Shown one piece after another: positions 1 to 9,960 of a stretch of 64,000 bases of DNA. The position numbers and the translations under genes are program-made. Below the pieces are notes generated by a model. It saw only the letters and a list, made by a program, of their open reading frames with translations. It did not search any database and was not told the origin of the DNA. How positions within the stretch are numbered: position 1 is the stretch's first letter; the number at the start of each line of letters is the position of its first letter. Origin of the DNA: Thermoanaerobaculia bacterium (lineage in GTDB: Bacteria > Acidobacteriota > Thermoanaerobaculia > Multivoradales > Multivoraceae); NCBI GenBank assembly GCA_963666565.1, contig OY762911.1, positions 2,784,001 to 2,848,000 of the forward strand, written 5' to 3'.

Positions 1-231
1 GGCGGCGAGGGTCCGCAGGACAGTGAGGGAGACGACGTACCGGACGCGGCGGATCCCGACTCGCCGGCCGACGGGCCGGAGAGCGACGACCGGGGCGGCC
101 CCGGGGAGCTGCCTCCGGGCATGACGCCGGAGGAGGCCGAGCGCTACCTGCAGGCGCTGGAAGAGGGGCGGCCGGACCCGACGCGGCGCGGGCAGCGCGG
201 TCGCCGGAGCCGTCAGGCGAAGGACTGGTAG
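1..231 (+). CDS. C-terminal end of BatC-like/TPR protein (partial, starts before window)
   Basis: Frame 1 is open from base 1: acidic low-complexity stretch, then MTPEEAERYLQALEE...KDW*, the typical BatB/BatC tail. Lies directly upstream of BatD. Confidence 0.7.
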   Translation, partial: GGEGPQDSEGDDVPDAADPDSPADGPESDDRGGPGELPPGMTPEEAERYLQALEEGRPDPTRRGQRGRRSRQAKDW

Positions 232-235
232 CGCG

Positions 236-2065
236 ATGGAACGCCGGATGCGAGGGTCACGCCTTGCCCGCGGGCGCGGGATCGCTGCTGTGGCAGCCTT
301 GCTTCCGCTGCTGGGAGCGGTCGCGGCGAACGCGCAGCAGCCGGACCCGATCCAGGTCACCGTCGACCGCAACCAGGTCGCGCTGGGCGATCAGATCTAC
401 CTGACGATCCGGATCGAGGGATCGCCCGACGCGCCGCCGAGGCTGCCCGAGCTGCCGGACTTCCGGGTCGTGTCGCGCGGCCAGCACCGCAGCACGCAGA
501 TCGAGAACTTCCGGGTCAGCAACAGCACGTCGTACAACTACCTGCTGATCCCTACCCGGGCCGGCGCCTTCGAGATCGGTCCGGCGGTCGCCACGATCGA
601 CGGCGCCGAGGTCCGGAGCCGGCCGTTCACGATCCAGGTCGCCTCCGCCGAGGAACGGGACGACGAGCAGAACCGGGACCTCTTCGTCGTCGCGACCGTG
701 TCGACGGATCGGCCGTGGCAGGGGCAGCAGGTCGTCTACACCTGGCGCTTCTACAGCCGGGTGCCGGTGGGTCAGGGGTCCATCGAGTCGATGGAGTTCG
801 GCAACGACGTCGTGGCCGAGGATCTGGGCGAGGTGCGCCAGTTCTCGACCCTGATCGACGGCGTCCAGTACTCGGTGAACGAGGTCCGCAAGGCGCTCTT
901 TCCTCAGCGTCCGGGCGAGATCGTCCTGCCGCAGACCCAGCTCCGGGTGGAGGTGCAGGGCGAGGCGCCGCGCCGGCCGAGCCGGGTGCGCAGCATCTTC
1001 GACGACTTCGACAGTCTGCTCGGAACGGGAGGCCGCTGGACGACGAAGTACCTGCTCACGGAGCCCCTGACGCTTGCCGTGCGGCCGCTGCCGCCGCCTC
1101 CCGACGGTTGGAACGGCCTCGTCGGCGAGTTCGCCATCCGGGCGGAGCTTCGCCGGCGCGAGCTGCAGGTGGGGCAGTCGGCCACGCTGGAGGTCGAGGT
1201 CGGCGGCGCCGGCAACGTGCAGCTCCTGTCCGAGCCCGGCTTCCCGGAAATGCCGGCGTTCAAGGTCTATCCGGACCAGCCGGACGCGAGCATCGACCGC
1301 ACGGGCCGGCTGCTCGCCGGACGCAAGGTGTTCCGGCGGGCGCTGGTGCCGCTGGTGGCCGGCCCCCTCGACGTCCCGCCGATCGATCTCGTCTACTTCG
1401 ATCCCGAGCTCGGCGAGTACGCGACCCGGTCGACGGACCGCATCGACCTGGAGGTCGCACCGGCGGAGGGCGAAGAGGAACTCATGCTGACCGAGTCTCT
1501 CGCGCCGACCACCGGCAAGGTCGCGGTGAGAATCCTCGCCGACGACATCCTGCCGATTCGACGCGCCGCGGCGGGCATCGTCTCGGCGGCGCCGGAGGGC
1601 TGGCGCCAGTGGGCCTGGATCGCCTGCGGCGTGGCGCCGCCCCTCGCGTACCTCGCCTTGTTGGCGCACTACCGGCGGGAACGCCGCTACGCCGCCGACA
1701 GCACGCTGCGGCGGCGCCAGCGGGCGCTGCGAGGCGCTCTGTCCGCCGCGAGGGGGCTCCGTTCCGGTACGGGACCGGCCGCCGCGGCGGAGGCCTCCCG
1801 GATCGTGCGCCGCTACGTCGGCGACAAGCTGGGTCTCGAGGGCGCCGCCCTGACGCCGCCGGAGGCGGAGGCCGCGATGATCCGGGCCGGCGTGAATGCG
1901 GACCTCGCGGCGCGCTGCCGGTCGCAGCTCGAGCAGCTCGAAGCCGCGCAGTACGGATGGGCGCCGGTGGCGGGCGCCGGCGGCCTGGCGGCGGAGAGCA
2001 GCACCGAAAGCCTGAACGATCTGATCAGGAGCCTCGACAGGCAGCTCCGGAGACGGAGGACATGA
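236..2065 (+). CDS. batD: BatD family protein (oxygen tolerance / MoxR-vWA operon)
   Basis: Signal peptide, repeated Ig-like BatD segments (VDRNQVALGD..., YLLIPTRAGAFEIGP, YFDP), C-terminal TM helix. Confidence 0.85.
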   Translation: MERRMRGSRLARGRGIAAVAALLPLLGAVAANAQQPDPIQVTVDRNQVALGDQIYLTIRIEGSPDAPPRLPELPDFRVVSRGQHRSTQIENFRVSNSTSYNYLLIPTRAGAFEIGPAVATIDGAEVRSRPFTIQVASAEERDDEQNRDLFVVATVSTDRPWQGQQVVYTWRFYSRVPVGQGSIESMEFGNDVVAEDLGEVRQFSTLIDGVQYSVNEVRKALFPQRPGEIVLPQTQLRVEVQGEAPRRPSRVRSIFDDFDSLLGTGGRWTTKYLLTEPLTLAVRPLPPPPDGWNGLVGEFAIRAELRRRELQVGQSATLEVEVGGAGNVQLLSEPGFPEMPAFKVYPDQPDASIDRTGRLLAGRKVFRRALVPLVAGPLDVPPIDLVYFDPELGEYATRSTDRIDLEVAPAEGEEELMLTESLAPTTGKVAVRILADDILPIRRAAAGIVSAAPEGWRQWAWIACGVAPPLAYLALLAHYRRERRYAADSTLRRRQRALRGALSAARGLRSGTGPAAAAEASRIVRRYVGDKLGLEGAALTPPEAEAAMIRAGVNADLAARCRSQLEQLEAAQYGWAPVAGAGGLAAESSTESLNDLIRSLDRQLRRRRT

Positions 2066-2868
2066 GACGCGCCGCGCTCTTCGTCGCGTTCGGCGCGGCC
2101 GCGGCCTTCCCGGCGCTGCCCCAGGACGAGGAGGCGCCCGCGTTCGGCCAGGTTCAGGCGGTCGACGGCGCCCCGGCGGCCCCGGAGCCGGCCGAACTCT
2201 GGGTGAACGGCAACGCCGCCTACGAGGCGGGCGACTTCGAGCGGGCGGTCGCCCTCTACGGCGCGATGCGCGAGATGGGGGTCGACAACGGCCACCTGCA
2301 TTACAACCTGGGCAACGCCTACCTGCGCGCCGGCGAACTGGGGCGCTCGATCGCCTCCTACCGCCGCTCGCTGAGGCTCCTGCCGCGCGACGAAGACGCC
2401 GCCGCGAACCTGGCCTTCGCCCGCCGGAGCGCGCGGGACGAGATCGCGCCGCCGGCGCCGCCCGCGCTCGTCCGCACCGTGCTGTTCTGGCACTACGGCC
2501 TGGCGCCGGCCGAGGTCCTGAGAAGCGCGGCGCTGGCCGGTCTCGGCTTCTGGATCGTGCTCGCGCTCCGGCTCTACCGGCCGGCGTCCGAGGTGCTTCG
2601 CTGGTCCGCCGTCTGCCTGCTGGCGGTCGGTCTTGCGCTGGGCGGCTCGCTCGTGGCGCACGCCGCCTTCAGCTCTCCGGTCGCCGTCGTCCTGCCGCAG
2701 GAGATCGATCTCCACGCCGCGGCCGGCGAAGGCTCGGTGGTCCGGTTCCGGCTTCACGCCGGCACCGAGGTCCGGGTCGTCGAGCGGCGTCCCGAATGGA
2801 CCCGGATCGAGTTGCCCGAAGGGCAGCGGGGCTGGTCGAAGCGGGAGTACCTGGAGATCGTCGAGTAG
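2062..2868 (+). CDS. batE: BatE-like TPR + SH3 domain protein
   Basis: ATG at 2062 overlaps the batD stop. GNAAYEAGDF..YNLGNAY TPR, two TM helices, C-terminal SH3-like LHAGTEVRV..W..I.LP.GQRGW. This is the 3' part of track ORF 715..2868. Confidence 0.85.
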   Translation: MRRAALFVAFGAAAAFPALPQDEEAPAFGQVQAVDGAPAAPEPAELWVNGNAAYEAGDFERAVALYGAMREMGVDNGHLHYNLGNAYLRAGELGRSIASYRRSLRLLPRDEDAAANLAFARRSARDEIAPPAPPALVRTVLFWHYGLAPAEVLRSAALAGLGFWIVLALRLYRPASEVLRWSAVCLLAVGLALGGSLVAHAAFSSPVAVVLPQEIDLHAAAGEGSVVRFRLHAGTEVRVVERRPEWTRIELPEGQRGWSKREYLEIVE

Positions 2869-2944
2869 CCCGCCGTTCCGCGGGCGCCGTGCCCGGCGCC
2901 GCGTCAGCTTGCCCGGATTCGGCTCGAAGCCCTGCTCTCCGGAG

Positions 2945-3544
2945 CTATCCGGCCCCGGCGAAACGCCGCCCGAGAACGTCGAAGAAGCCGGCCATGAAGC
3001 GGTAGGTCAGGCCCCAGACGATGTGCCGTTCGGGATCGCCCACCACGACGCCCGGGAAGCTCACTTCCGGGTAGGGCGGGTGCCGATAGTCGATGGCCCG
3101 GGAAGGCTCCTCGAACCAGGCCAGGGGCGCCCAGAGCGCTTCGGCGACTTCGTAGTTCGGCGTGAGGTCGTTTCCGGCGCCGGCGTCCACTTCGTAGACG
3201 AAGGCCGCGATGCGGAGTTGCCTTCCCTGGCCGGCGCGCTGGCCGGTCTGGTCGTCGAGCCGGCCGATCGGGCGCGCGCCCTCGAGCGAGAGGCCGACCT
3301 CCTCCTCGGTCTCTCGCTCGGCGGTGTGCCGGAGGTCCCGATCCGTGTCGTCGTGCCGGCCCCCGGGGAACGCCATCTGGCCGGACCACGGGTCCCGCGG
3401 CTTCTTCGATCGCTCGATGAACAGAGCTTCCGGTCCGGCCGCCGACGGGCGCAACACCATCGCGACGCTCGCCTCGAACGCGGCCGGCGGCAGGATCTTC
3501 GGCTCGTGCGCCGCGAGCCGTCGCCGGATCCCGGCGATGTCCAT
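2945..3544 (-). CDS. Nudix hydrolase, CoA pyrophosphatase-like
   Basis: DPWSGQMAFPGG..D..D..L..TAERETEEEVGL Nudix box and IVWGLT motif. Start placed at MDIAG. Confidence 0.85.
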   Translation of the reverse strand: MDIAGIRRRLAAHEPKILPPAAFEASVAMVLRPSAAGPEALFIERSKKPRDPWSGQMAFPGGRHDDTDRDLRHTAERETEEEVGLSLEGARPIGRLDDQTGQRAGQGRQLRIAAFVYEVDAGAGNDLTPNYEVAEALWAPLAWFEEPSRAIDYRHPPYPEVSFPGVVVGDPERHIVWGLTYRFMAGFFDVLGRRFAGAG

Positions 3545-3694
3545 GACGGGCGGCGGCGAGGCGGCCGTATCGTCGTCGGCGGCTGCCTGCGCACCCCGAT
3601 CGGATGTCGAACGATGTCGTGCCGCGACCCGCATGGGGCCGGTACCTTCTCACATTCCGTAGTGGAGTGCGCGGCCGGTTCCGGGTCAGGGATC

Positions 3695-3716
3695 GCTACG
3701 ATCAATGCTACGATCA
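3695..3716 (+). promoter_or_regulatory. Direct repeat GCTACGATCA x2 overlapping a TGnTACGAT -10 element; candidate vapBC operator/promoter
   Basis: Perfect 10-nt repeats at 3695-3704 and 3707-3716, about 35 nt before the antitoxin ATG. Confidence 0.45.
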
Positions 3717-3749
3717 GCCGAGCATGAAGCAAACCCGGAGGACGACACG

Positions 3750-4058
3750 ATGGCGATCAACATCGCGCACCGGCCGGATCTCGACAAACGGGTCGAGTAC
3801 CTTGCGAAGGTGATGTACGGGGGCGTGCGGGGCAGCAAGGTGAAGGTGATCGAGAAGGCGATCGACGCGCTCGAGGAGAAGCGAGGCAGCCGGAAGTGCA
3901 GTCCGGAGGAGATCCGGACGACCCTCAACAGGTTCCTCAAGAACGGTCCGCGCCTGAGGGCGGAGGCTCTGGCTGCCGATCCGACCCTCGACCCGAGCCG
4001 TCCGCTGTCCGAGACGCTCTTCGAGAAGCTCTACGATGAGCGGGGCCTGCCACGGTGA
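3750..4058 (+). CDS. vapB: VapB-type antitoxin
   Basis: Small ORF after a GGAGG RBS, ends LYDERGLP, overlaps the PIN toxin start (GTGA). Confidence 0.75.
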   Translation: MAINIAHRPDLDKRVEYLAKVMYGGVRGSKVKVIEKAIDALEEKRGSRKCSPEEIRTTLNRFLKNGPRLRAEALAADPTLDPSRPLSETLFEKLYDERGLPR

Positions 4059-4462
4059 TCGCGGTCGATTCGTCGGCGGTCGTGGCGATCCTTCATGAGG
4101 AGCCGGAGTGCAAGAGCTTCGTTGAGTGCATCCTGCGGGCTGGCGGCGCGGTCGTCTCGGCCGCCTCCATTGTCGAGCTGGCCGCGGTCACCGCCGGCAA
4201 GAAGCTGGCCTCGCGCGCGCTCGACGAGTTTCTCCTGACTCCTTTCGTTCAGATCGAGCCGGTCGACGTCGAGCAGGCGCTGATCGGCGTCGAGGCGTAT
4301 CGCCGCTTCGGCCGGGGGCAACACCCCGCGCGCCTGAACCTGGGAGATGCGTTCGCCTACGCTCTCGCGCGCCGGAAGAACCTGCCGCTGCTGTTCAAGG
4401 GCGACGACTTCGCGAAGACGGACATCGAGCCGGCCTTGCCGGCGGAGTCGCGGACCGATTGA
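4055..4462 (+). CDS. vapC: VapC PIN-domain ribonuclease toxin
   Basis: VDSSAVVAIL..E, HPARLNLGDAFAYALA, PLLFKGDDF motifs. Confidence 0.92.
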   Translation: MIAVDSSAVVAILHEEPECKSFVECILRAGGAVVSAASIVELAAVTAGKKLASRALDEFLLTPFVQIEPVDVEQALIGVEAYRRFGRGQHPARLNLGDAFAYALARRKNLPLLFKGDDFAKTDIEPALPAESRTD

Positions 4463-4517
4463 CGTGCGGAACGCCCTCGTGGCGCCGCGGGCGACGGGCG
4501 CGTGTCGATCCAACGGG

Positions 4518-4610
4518 CTACGCGCCGAACGTCCCCTTGAGCCAGTCGATCGGCACCCGGTCGAACTCCTCGGGCTTCTCCTGCTGGGTCCAGTGGCCCG
4601 CACCCCCTGC
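4518..4610 (-). pseudogene. C-terminal remnant of an alpha/beta hydrolase (epoxide hydrolase-like)
   Basis: Minus strand reads AGGAGHWTQQEKPEEFDRVPIDWLKGTFGA* (catalytic His motif GHWxQxExP). No N-terminal part is present. Confidence 0.6.
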
Positions 4611-4626
4611 TAGCCTGCGTTCCGCG

Positions 4627-4959
4627 ATGAAGCGCTTCTACCTCCTACTCTGCGTCTTGGGCACGGTGCTGCCGTACTGGCAGTTCCTGCGGTTCTTCCT
4701 GGGCGACGCCGGGTTCGACCTGCCCGGCTTCATCGGCGCGGCGACGGCCAATCCGGTAGCGGCCGGCTTCAGCATCGACCTCGTCGTGTCGTCCGCCGCG
4801 TTCTGGGTCTTCCTGTTCACGGACGGCCGCCGACACCGTATCGGCCATCTGTGGGTGTACGTCGCGGCGAACCTGCTGGTCGGCCTGTCGCTGGCGCTGC
4901 CGCTCTACCTCTACCGCCGCGCGGCGGCGATCGAACCACTGGGTACGCGTGTCTTCTGA
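4627..4959 (+). CDS. DUF2834-like small membrane protein
   Basis: MKRFYLLLCVLGTVLPY..ANPVAAGFSIDL..VGLSLALPLYLY; three TM helices. Confidence 0.75.
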   Translation: MKRFYLLLCVLGTVLPYWQFLRFFLGDAGFDLPGFIGAATANPVAAGFSIDLVVSSAAFWVFLFTDGRRHRIGHLWVYVAANLLVGLSLALPLYLYRRAAAIEPLGTRVF

Positions 4960-5009
4960 CCCGCTGCCGCCGCCAGGCGGCCGGGAGACGCCGCCGCGAA
5001 GCGGCGACC
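4939..5009 (-). repeat. Composite REP-like element (degenerate CGGGTCGGAAGACCCGCGCACCCAG plus GGCCGCCTGCGGCGGCAG module)
   Basis: Matches copies at 57425-57465 and 20162-20207. Supplies the stop codon of the upstream gene. Confidence 0.65.
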
Positions 5010-5080
5010 TGCCGCCGTGCCCGGGCCGCCCGCGGACGGCGCGGGCCGCGACGGCCTGAGCTGGCTGGAGTTTCCTCGAT

Positions 5081-5575
5081 TCAGGACGTCGCGTCCGGCG
5101 GCCACGGCTTGGTGCGGATGACACGACCGACGTCGCCCGGCTCGGCAATCGCGCGCTGCTTCGAGAGCACCTCGCTCATCCGCTCGTGAATCTCGGGCGG
5201 AAAGAGAGTGCTGCGCCGCGTGTCCAGGTCGATATGGATGCTCAGCAGCTCGTGCGTCGCGGCGACGTAGCCTTCCTCGGCGTGCAGCATGCGCATGAAG
5301 GTGTGGTACTTCTTGTCGTCGAAGCCCAGAAGCTCCGCTTCGACCATGATCGGCGCGCCCTCCGGCAGTTCCCTCAGCCAGGTGAGATGGCTGTCGATGG
5401 AGAACGTGGAGCGCCGGTGCGAGCGGCGGTAGGTCCGGTCGATGCCCAGGAACGCGGTCCAGGGGCCCGTCGCGTCGTCGAACGCGACCAGGTAGTAGCC
5501 GGCGTTCATGTGGCCGTTGTGGTCGATCCACTCCGGCAGGACCGTAGCGGTCCAGATCTGCTGCGGGTCGGTCAA
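5081..5575 (-). CDS. Hot-dog thioesterase family protein
   Basis: VLPEWIDHNGHMNAGYYLVAFD motif. Start approximate (TTG). Confidence 0.8.
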   Translation of the reverse strand: MTDPQQIWTATVLPEWIDHNGHMNAGYYLVAFDDATGPWTAFLGIDRTYRRSHRRSTFSIDSHLTWLRELPEGAPIMVEAELLGFDDKKYHTFMRMLHAEEGYVAATHELLSIHIDLDTRRSTLFPPEIHERMSEVLSKQRAIAEPGDVGRVIRTKPWPPDATS

Positions 5576-5767
5576 GTGGGGGTCCAGGAGCTTGCGCCGG
5601 AATGCGCAGCGTAGCAAGTCCGCGGCGCAAGCTCCTGGACGAGGACGGGATGGGCCGAAGCGCCGAGCCTGCGAGGAGCTTCGAGGCGGCAACTGGAAGC
5701 GGCTCTTGCGCCTGGAACACCTTGCTACGATCCCGCGCCGGACACGGCCACCACAGGAGTCCCTCGC

Positions 5768-6607
5768 ATGAGAGTCGGCATCTCGCTCCCCGTCCGCGAA
5801 CTGAAGGACGATCTCGGCGCGGTCAAGGCGTTCGCGCAGGCCGCCGATGAACTCGGCTACACCCACCTGCGCGTGCCGGACCTGGTCGCCCGGCCGAAGA
5901 GCGGGCACCTTCATGAGCCCCTCGTCCTGCTGGCATACGTCGCCGCGACGGTGGTGAACATCGAACTCGTACCCTCGGTCATCGTCACCCCGTCGCGCCA
6001 GACGGTGCTGCTGGCGAAGCAACTGGCGACACTCGAACGGCTGTCGGGGGGCGGCGTGCGTCTCGGCGTCGGCGTCGGCGGCAGCGAGGCCGAGTACCGG
6101 GCGCTGGGGCAGGACTTCCGTACCCGCGGCGCGCGCTGCGAAGAACAACTGGAGCTGCTGCGGCGCCTGTGGACGGAGCCGAACGTCGACTTCGAGGGCC
6201 GCTGGGACGTGGTCCAGGGCACGGGCATCGATCCCTTGCCGTCTCGTGCGATCCCGATCTGGATCGGCGCGCGCGGGTTGCCGGTGCCTCGCATACGCCG
6301 CCGCATCGGCCGGCAGGCGGACGGCTGGTTCGTCCTGTGCTCGCCGGAGGACTTCGACGATCTCTCGTCCGACATTCACGTCGCGGCGCGGGCCGCAGGC
6401 CGGGAACCGGCGGCCATCGGCACGGAGGCTGGTGTCGCGGTGGTGGGGCCGCGCGAGCACGAGTGGCAGGATCGCGTCCGGGGCTGGCGGGAGAAGGGGT
6501 TGACCCACCTGTGCCTACGCACCTTGGGAGGCGGTCTGGGCGGGGACGCGGACGCGCACATCGCGAAGGCAAGACAGGCCTTCGAGGAGCTGCAGGAGCT
6601 GTTCTGA
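5768..6607 (+). CDS. LLM-class (luciferase-like, probably F420-dependent) oxidoreductase
   Basis: [24 protein letters not shown]...EY..LG, PIWIG, ADGW. Confidence 0.85.
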   Translation: MRVGISLPVRELKDDLGAVKAFAQAADELGYTHLRVPDLVARPKSGHLHEPLVLLAYVAATVVNIELVPSVIVTPSRQTVLLAKQLATLERLSGGGVRLGVGVGGSEAEYRALGQDFRTRGARCEEQLELLRRLWTEPNVDFEGRWDVVQGTGIDPLPSRAIPIWIGARGLPVPRIRRRIGRQADGWFVLCSPEDFDDLSSDIHVAARAAGREPAAIGTEAGVAVVGPREHEWQDRVRGWREKGLTHLCLRTLGGGLGGDADAHIAKARQAFEELQELF

Positions 6608-6642
6608 CGCCTGTCGAGCATCGCCCGGCTTCACCGTTCGCC

Positions 6643-6671
6643 TTGACACGCCGGCGCTCAGCGAGCACAAT
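6643..6671 (+). promoter_or_regulatory. Sigma70-type promoter of the lysine operon
   Basis: TTGACA (6643-6648), 17-nt spacer, CACAAT (6666-6671). Confidence 0.75.
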
Positions 6672-6681
6672 CCCCGTTTCC

Positions 6682-6774
6682 ATGACTCAATCGACGATCA
6701 CACCGTCTCTGGTCAAGCCGCTGCACAAGCGGGGCGTGAAGCCCCGACTTCAGGACTGGGTGCCCATCGCCTAG
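6682..6774 (+). CDS. Putative lysine-operon leader peptide (30 aa, 3 Lys)
   Basis: [30 protein letters not shown], between the promoter and a terminator hairpin. Confidence 0.65.
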   Translation: MTQSTITPSLVKPLHKRGVKPRLQDWVPIA

Positions 6775-6796
6775 AAACCCGCAGCGACACTTCTCG

Positions 6797-6832
6797 GCCG
6801 GCCATCCAGTTCAAGGATGCGCCGGCTTTCTT
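6797..6832 (+). terminator. Intrinsic terminator (attenuator) in the lysine operon leader
   Basis: GCCGGC-CATCC / AGTTCAA loop / GGATG-C-GCCGGC followed by TTTCTT, 20 nt before the hcs ATG. Confidence 0.75.
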
Positions 6833-6851
6833 GTATCCGGAGGATCCCTCC

Positions 6852-8012
6852 ATGCCTTCCCATCCAGCCATCATCGAGTCGACCCTGCGCGAGGGTGAGC
6901 AGTTCGCCAACGCCTTCTTCGACAGCGACCAGAAGGTGGAGATCGCGCGCCTGCTGGACGCGTTCGGGGTCGAGTACCTCGAGTTGACCTCGCCAGCCGC
7001 GAGCCGCGGCAGCCGGCAGGACTGTCAGCGGGTGGCGAGCCTGGGGCTCCGCGCCAAGGTACTGACCCACACCCGCTGCCATCTGGACGACGCGAGGCTG
7101 GCGCTCGAAACCGGCGTCGACGGGATCGACGTCGTCTTCGGCACCTCCCGCTACCTGCGGGAGTACTCCCACGGCAAGAGCATGGAGCAGGTGATCGAGA
7201 CGGCGGTCGAAGTGGTCGAGTACATCCGGTCGCACGATGTCGAGGTTCGCTTCAGCACGGAGGACTCCTTCCGCAGCGATCCGGACGATCTGATCCGGGC
7301 CTACCGCGCGGTGAACGAGGTCGGCGTGAACCGGGTCGGCGTCGCCGACACCGTGGGCGTGGCGAGTCCGCGTCAGGTCTACGACCTGGTGCGTCAACTC
7401 CGCGAGGAAGTCGACTGCGACATCGAGTTCCACGGCCACAACGACACCGGCTGCGCGGTCGCCAACGCCTTCTGCGCGCTGGAGGCGGGTGCGACCCACG
7501 TCGACACGTCGGTGCTCGGAATCGGCGAGCGGAACGGCATCACGCCGCTCGGCGGCCTGGTCGCGCGGCTCTACGCCGAGGATCCCGAAGGCGTTCGGTC
7601 GCGCTACGACCTGCCGCTGCTGCGCGAGATCGAGAACTACGTCGCTTCCCTCGTCGAGGTCGACGTGCCGTTCAACAACTACATCACCGGCTACACGGCG
7701 TTCACGCACAAGGCGGGCATCCACGCCAAGGCGATCCTGAACGACCCGTCGACCTACGAGATCCTCGATCCGGCCGACTTCGGTCTCGACCGCTACGTCC
7801 ACGTCGCGCATCGCCTCACCGGCTGGAACGCGATCAAGTCCCGCGTCGAGCAGTTGCGGCTTGAACTGAGCGATGCGCAGATCAAGGACATCACGGCCCA
7901 CATCAAGGCGCTGGCCGATGAAAAGCCGCTCAGCCTGTCGGACGTCGACGCCCTGCTGCGCGAGTACCACACGGCGGAGTTGCTGCCGGCGGTGGCGGGA
8001 GCGGCCGGGTGA
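6852..8012 (+). CDS. hcs: Homocitrate synthase (Lys20/Hcs type)
   Basis: [48 protein letters not shown]: fungal/Thermus-type HCS. Confidence 0.93.
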   Translation: MPSHPAIIESTLREGEQFANAFFDSDQKVEIARLLDAFGVEYLELTSPAASRGSRQDCQRVASLGLRAKVLTHTRCHLDDARLALETGVDGIDVVFGTSRYLREYSHGKSMEQVIETAVEVVEYIRSHDVEVRFSTEDSFRSDPDDLIRAYRAVNEVGVNRVGVADTVGVASPRQVYDLVRQLREEVDCDIEFHGHNDTGCAVANAFCALEAGATHVDTSVLGIGERNGITPLGGLVARLYAEDPEGVRSRYDLPLLREIENYVASLVEVDVPFNNYITGYTAFTHKAGIHAKAILNDPSTYEILDPADFGLDRYVHVAHRLTGWNAIKSRVEQLRLELSDAQIKDITAHIKALADEKPLSLSDVDALLREYHTAELLPAVAGAAG

Positions 8013-9364
8013 CCGGGCCGGGTCGGCTGGCCGACACCGCGCGGACGTTCGCCCAGAAGGCCCTCGCTCGCGCCGGCGGGCAGGCGGCCGCGGCGGTGGG
8101 CGAGATCGTGGACGCGCGGCCGGACATCGTGCTCAGCCACGACAACACGGCGCCCATTGCCGAGACTTGGCGGCAGTTCGGTCAGGAGCGGGTCGCGATC
8201 CCGGAACGGATGGCGGTCACGCTCGACCACGCCGTGCCGGCGCCGACGGTACGGCACGCCCGGAACCACGCCGAGGTTCGCGCGTTCGTCGCCGAGCAGG
8301 GAGTCGAGCACTTCTTCGAGGTCGGGCGCGGCATCTGCCACCAGGTGCTGAGCGAGGAGGCGGTCGTGCTGCCGGGCGACACGATCCTCGGTTCCGATTC
8401 CCACACGCCGCACTTCGGCTGGCTGGGGGCGTTCGGCGCCGGCGTCGGCCGCAGCGAGATGGCGGTGCTCTGGGCCACCGGCGAGCTCTGGCTCAGGGTG
8501 CCGGAGTCGATCCGGATCCGGCTGGAGGGAGCGCTTGGCGAGTGGGTCACGACGAAGGACGTGGCCTTGACCCTGATCGGCGATCTGGGCGCCGACGGTG
8601 CGCTCTATCGGAGCGTGGAGTTCGAGGGGCCGGCGATCGCCTGCCTGAGCCTCGACTCGCGCGCGGCGCTGGTCAACATGATGGCCGAGATGGGCGCGAA
8701 GAACGCGTACATGCCGCCCGACGGCGCGGTGTTCCGGTACTTGGCCGAACGGTTGCCGACACGTCCGGGGCGTCGCCCGGGTCGCGGGACGCAACCCGGC
8801 GAGACGTCCGGCGAGGTCGCCGTCCGACTCAGGGAGCGAGCTCTCTATCCGGATGCCGGCGCCGAGTACGTGGCCGAACATCTTCTCGACCTTTCCTCGG
8901 TCCAGCCCCAGGTCGCCCGCCCGCACCAGGTCGACGACACGGTCGGGGTCGGCGAACTGGACTCGGTGCGGGTCGACCAGGCGTTCATCGGGACGTGCAC
9001 GAACGGCCGCATCGAGGACCTGGGCGCGGTGCATCGGGTGATGGCGGGCCGGCGGCTCGCCCAGGGCACGCGGATGGTCATCGTTCCGGCGTCGAGCGAG
9101 GTCTGGAGCGAGGCTCTGGCCCGCGGCTGGGTGGCCGACTTGGTCGCCGCCGGGGCCGTCTTCGGAACGCCGGGCTGCGGCCCGTGCATGGGCAACCACC
9201 TCGGCGTGCTGGCCCCGGGCGAGGTCTGCATCTCCAGCGCGAACCGGAACTTCCAGGGCCGGATGGGGGATCGCGGCGCCGAGATCTACCTCGCGTCGCC
9301 GGCGGTCGTGGCGGCGAGCGCGGTCGCGGGGCGGATCGCGCACCCGCGGGAGGTGGTTGGGTGA
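8009..9364 (+). CDS. Homoaconitase large subunit (LeuC/HacA family)
   Basis: [45 protein letters not shown]; lysine assignment from operon context. Confidence 0.88.
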   Translation: MTGPGRLADTARTFAQKALARAGGQAAAAVGEIVDARPDIVLSHDNTAPIAETWRQFGQERVAIPERMAVTLDHAVPAPTVRHARNHAEVRAFVAEQGVEHFFEVGRGICHQVLSEEAVVLPGDTILGSDSHTPHFGWLGAFGAGVGRSEMAVLWATGELWLRVPESIRIRLEGALGEWVTTKDVALTLIGDLGADGALYRSVEFEGPAIACLSLDSRAALVNMMAEMGAKNAYMPPDGAVFRYLAERLPTRPGRRPGRGTQPGETSGEVAVRLRERALYPDAGAEYVAEHLLDLSSVQPQVARPHQVDDTVGVGELDSVRVDQAFIGTCTNGRIEDLGAVHRVMAGRRLAQGTRMVIVPASSEVWSEALARGWVADLVAAGAVFGTPGCGPCMGNHLGVLAPGEVCISSANRNFQGRMGDRGAEIYLASPAVVAASAVAGRIAHPREVVG

Positions 9365-9434
9365 GCTGCCGGGCCGGAAGCCGAAGGGCGTCGAACGGTC
9401 CGGGCGCGACGCGTGGGCAGTGTGCGGGGGCGGC

Positions 9435-9953
9435 GTGACTGCGCCGGTCGACGTCGCTCGCCCGTTCCGCGGCCGGGTCTTCCGGTACGGCGACCACGTG
9501 AACACGGACGTCATCTTTCCGGGCCGCTACACCTACACGAAGAGCCGGCCGGAGGAGGTCGCGCCCCACGCGCTCGAAGACCTCGATCCGACGTTCGCCG
9601 GTCGCGTGCGGCCCGGCGATGTGATCGTCGCCGGCTGGAACTGGGGATGCGGTTCCAGCCGGGAGCAGGCGGCGGTCTGCCTGCGCTACGCCGGCGTCGG
9701 CGCGGTCATCGCGCGCAGCTTCGGGCGGATCTTCTACCGCAACGCCCTGAACAACGGTCTGCTTGCGATCGTCTGCCCGGAGGCGGTCGATGCGTTGGAG
9801 GAGGGGGCCGAGGTCGAGGTCGATCTCGGAGCGTCCGTGATCCGTTGCGGCGAGGCCGCCTACGGCTTTTCGCCCTTCAGTCCGGCCGTGCGCTCCATGA
9901 TCGCGGCCGGCGGCCTGATCGAGCAGACGAAGCGGCGGCTGGCGGCTGGGTAG
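9435..9953 (+). CDS. Homoaconitase small subunit (LeuD/HacB family)
   Basis: [36 protein letters not shown]. Start approximate (9357 or 9435). Confidence 0.88.
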   Translation: MTAPVDVARPFRGRVFRYGDHVNTDVIFPGRYTYTKSRPEEVAPHALEDLDPTFAGRVRPGDVIVAGWNWGCGSSREQAAVCLRYAGVGAVIARSFGRIFYRNALNNGLLAIVCPEAVDALEEGAEVEVDLGASVIRCGEAAYGFSPFSPAVRSMIAAGGLIEQTKRRLAAG

Positions 9954-9960
9954 GAGTGCC

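Noticed and set aside
6610-6850. Lysine riboswitch
   Set aside because: The conserved riboswitch features were not recognised, and the leader is explained by a uORF plus terminator/antiterminator. An Rfam scan would settle it.
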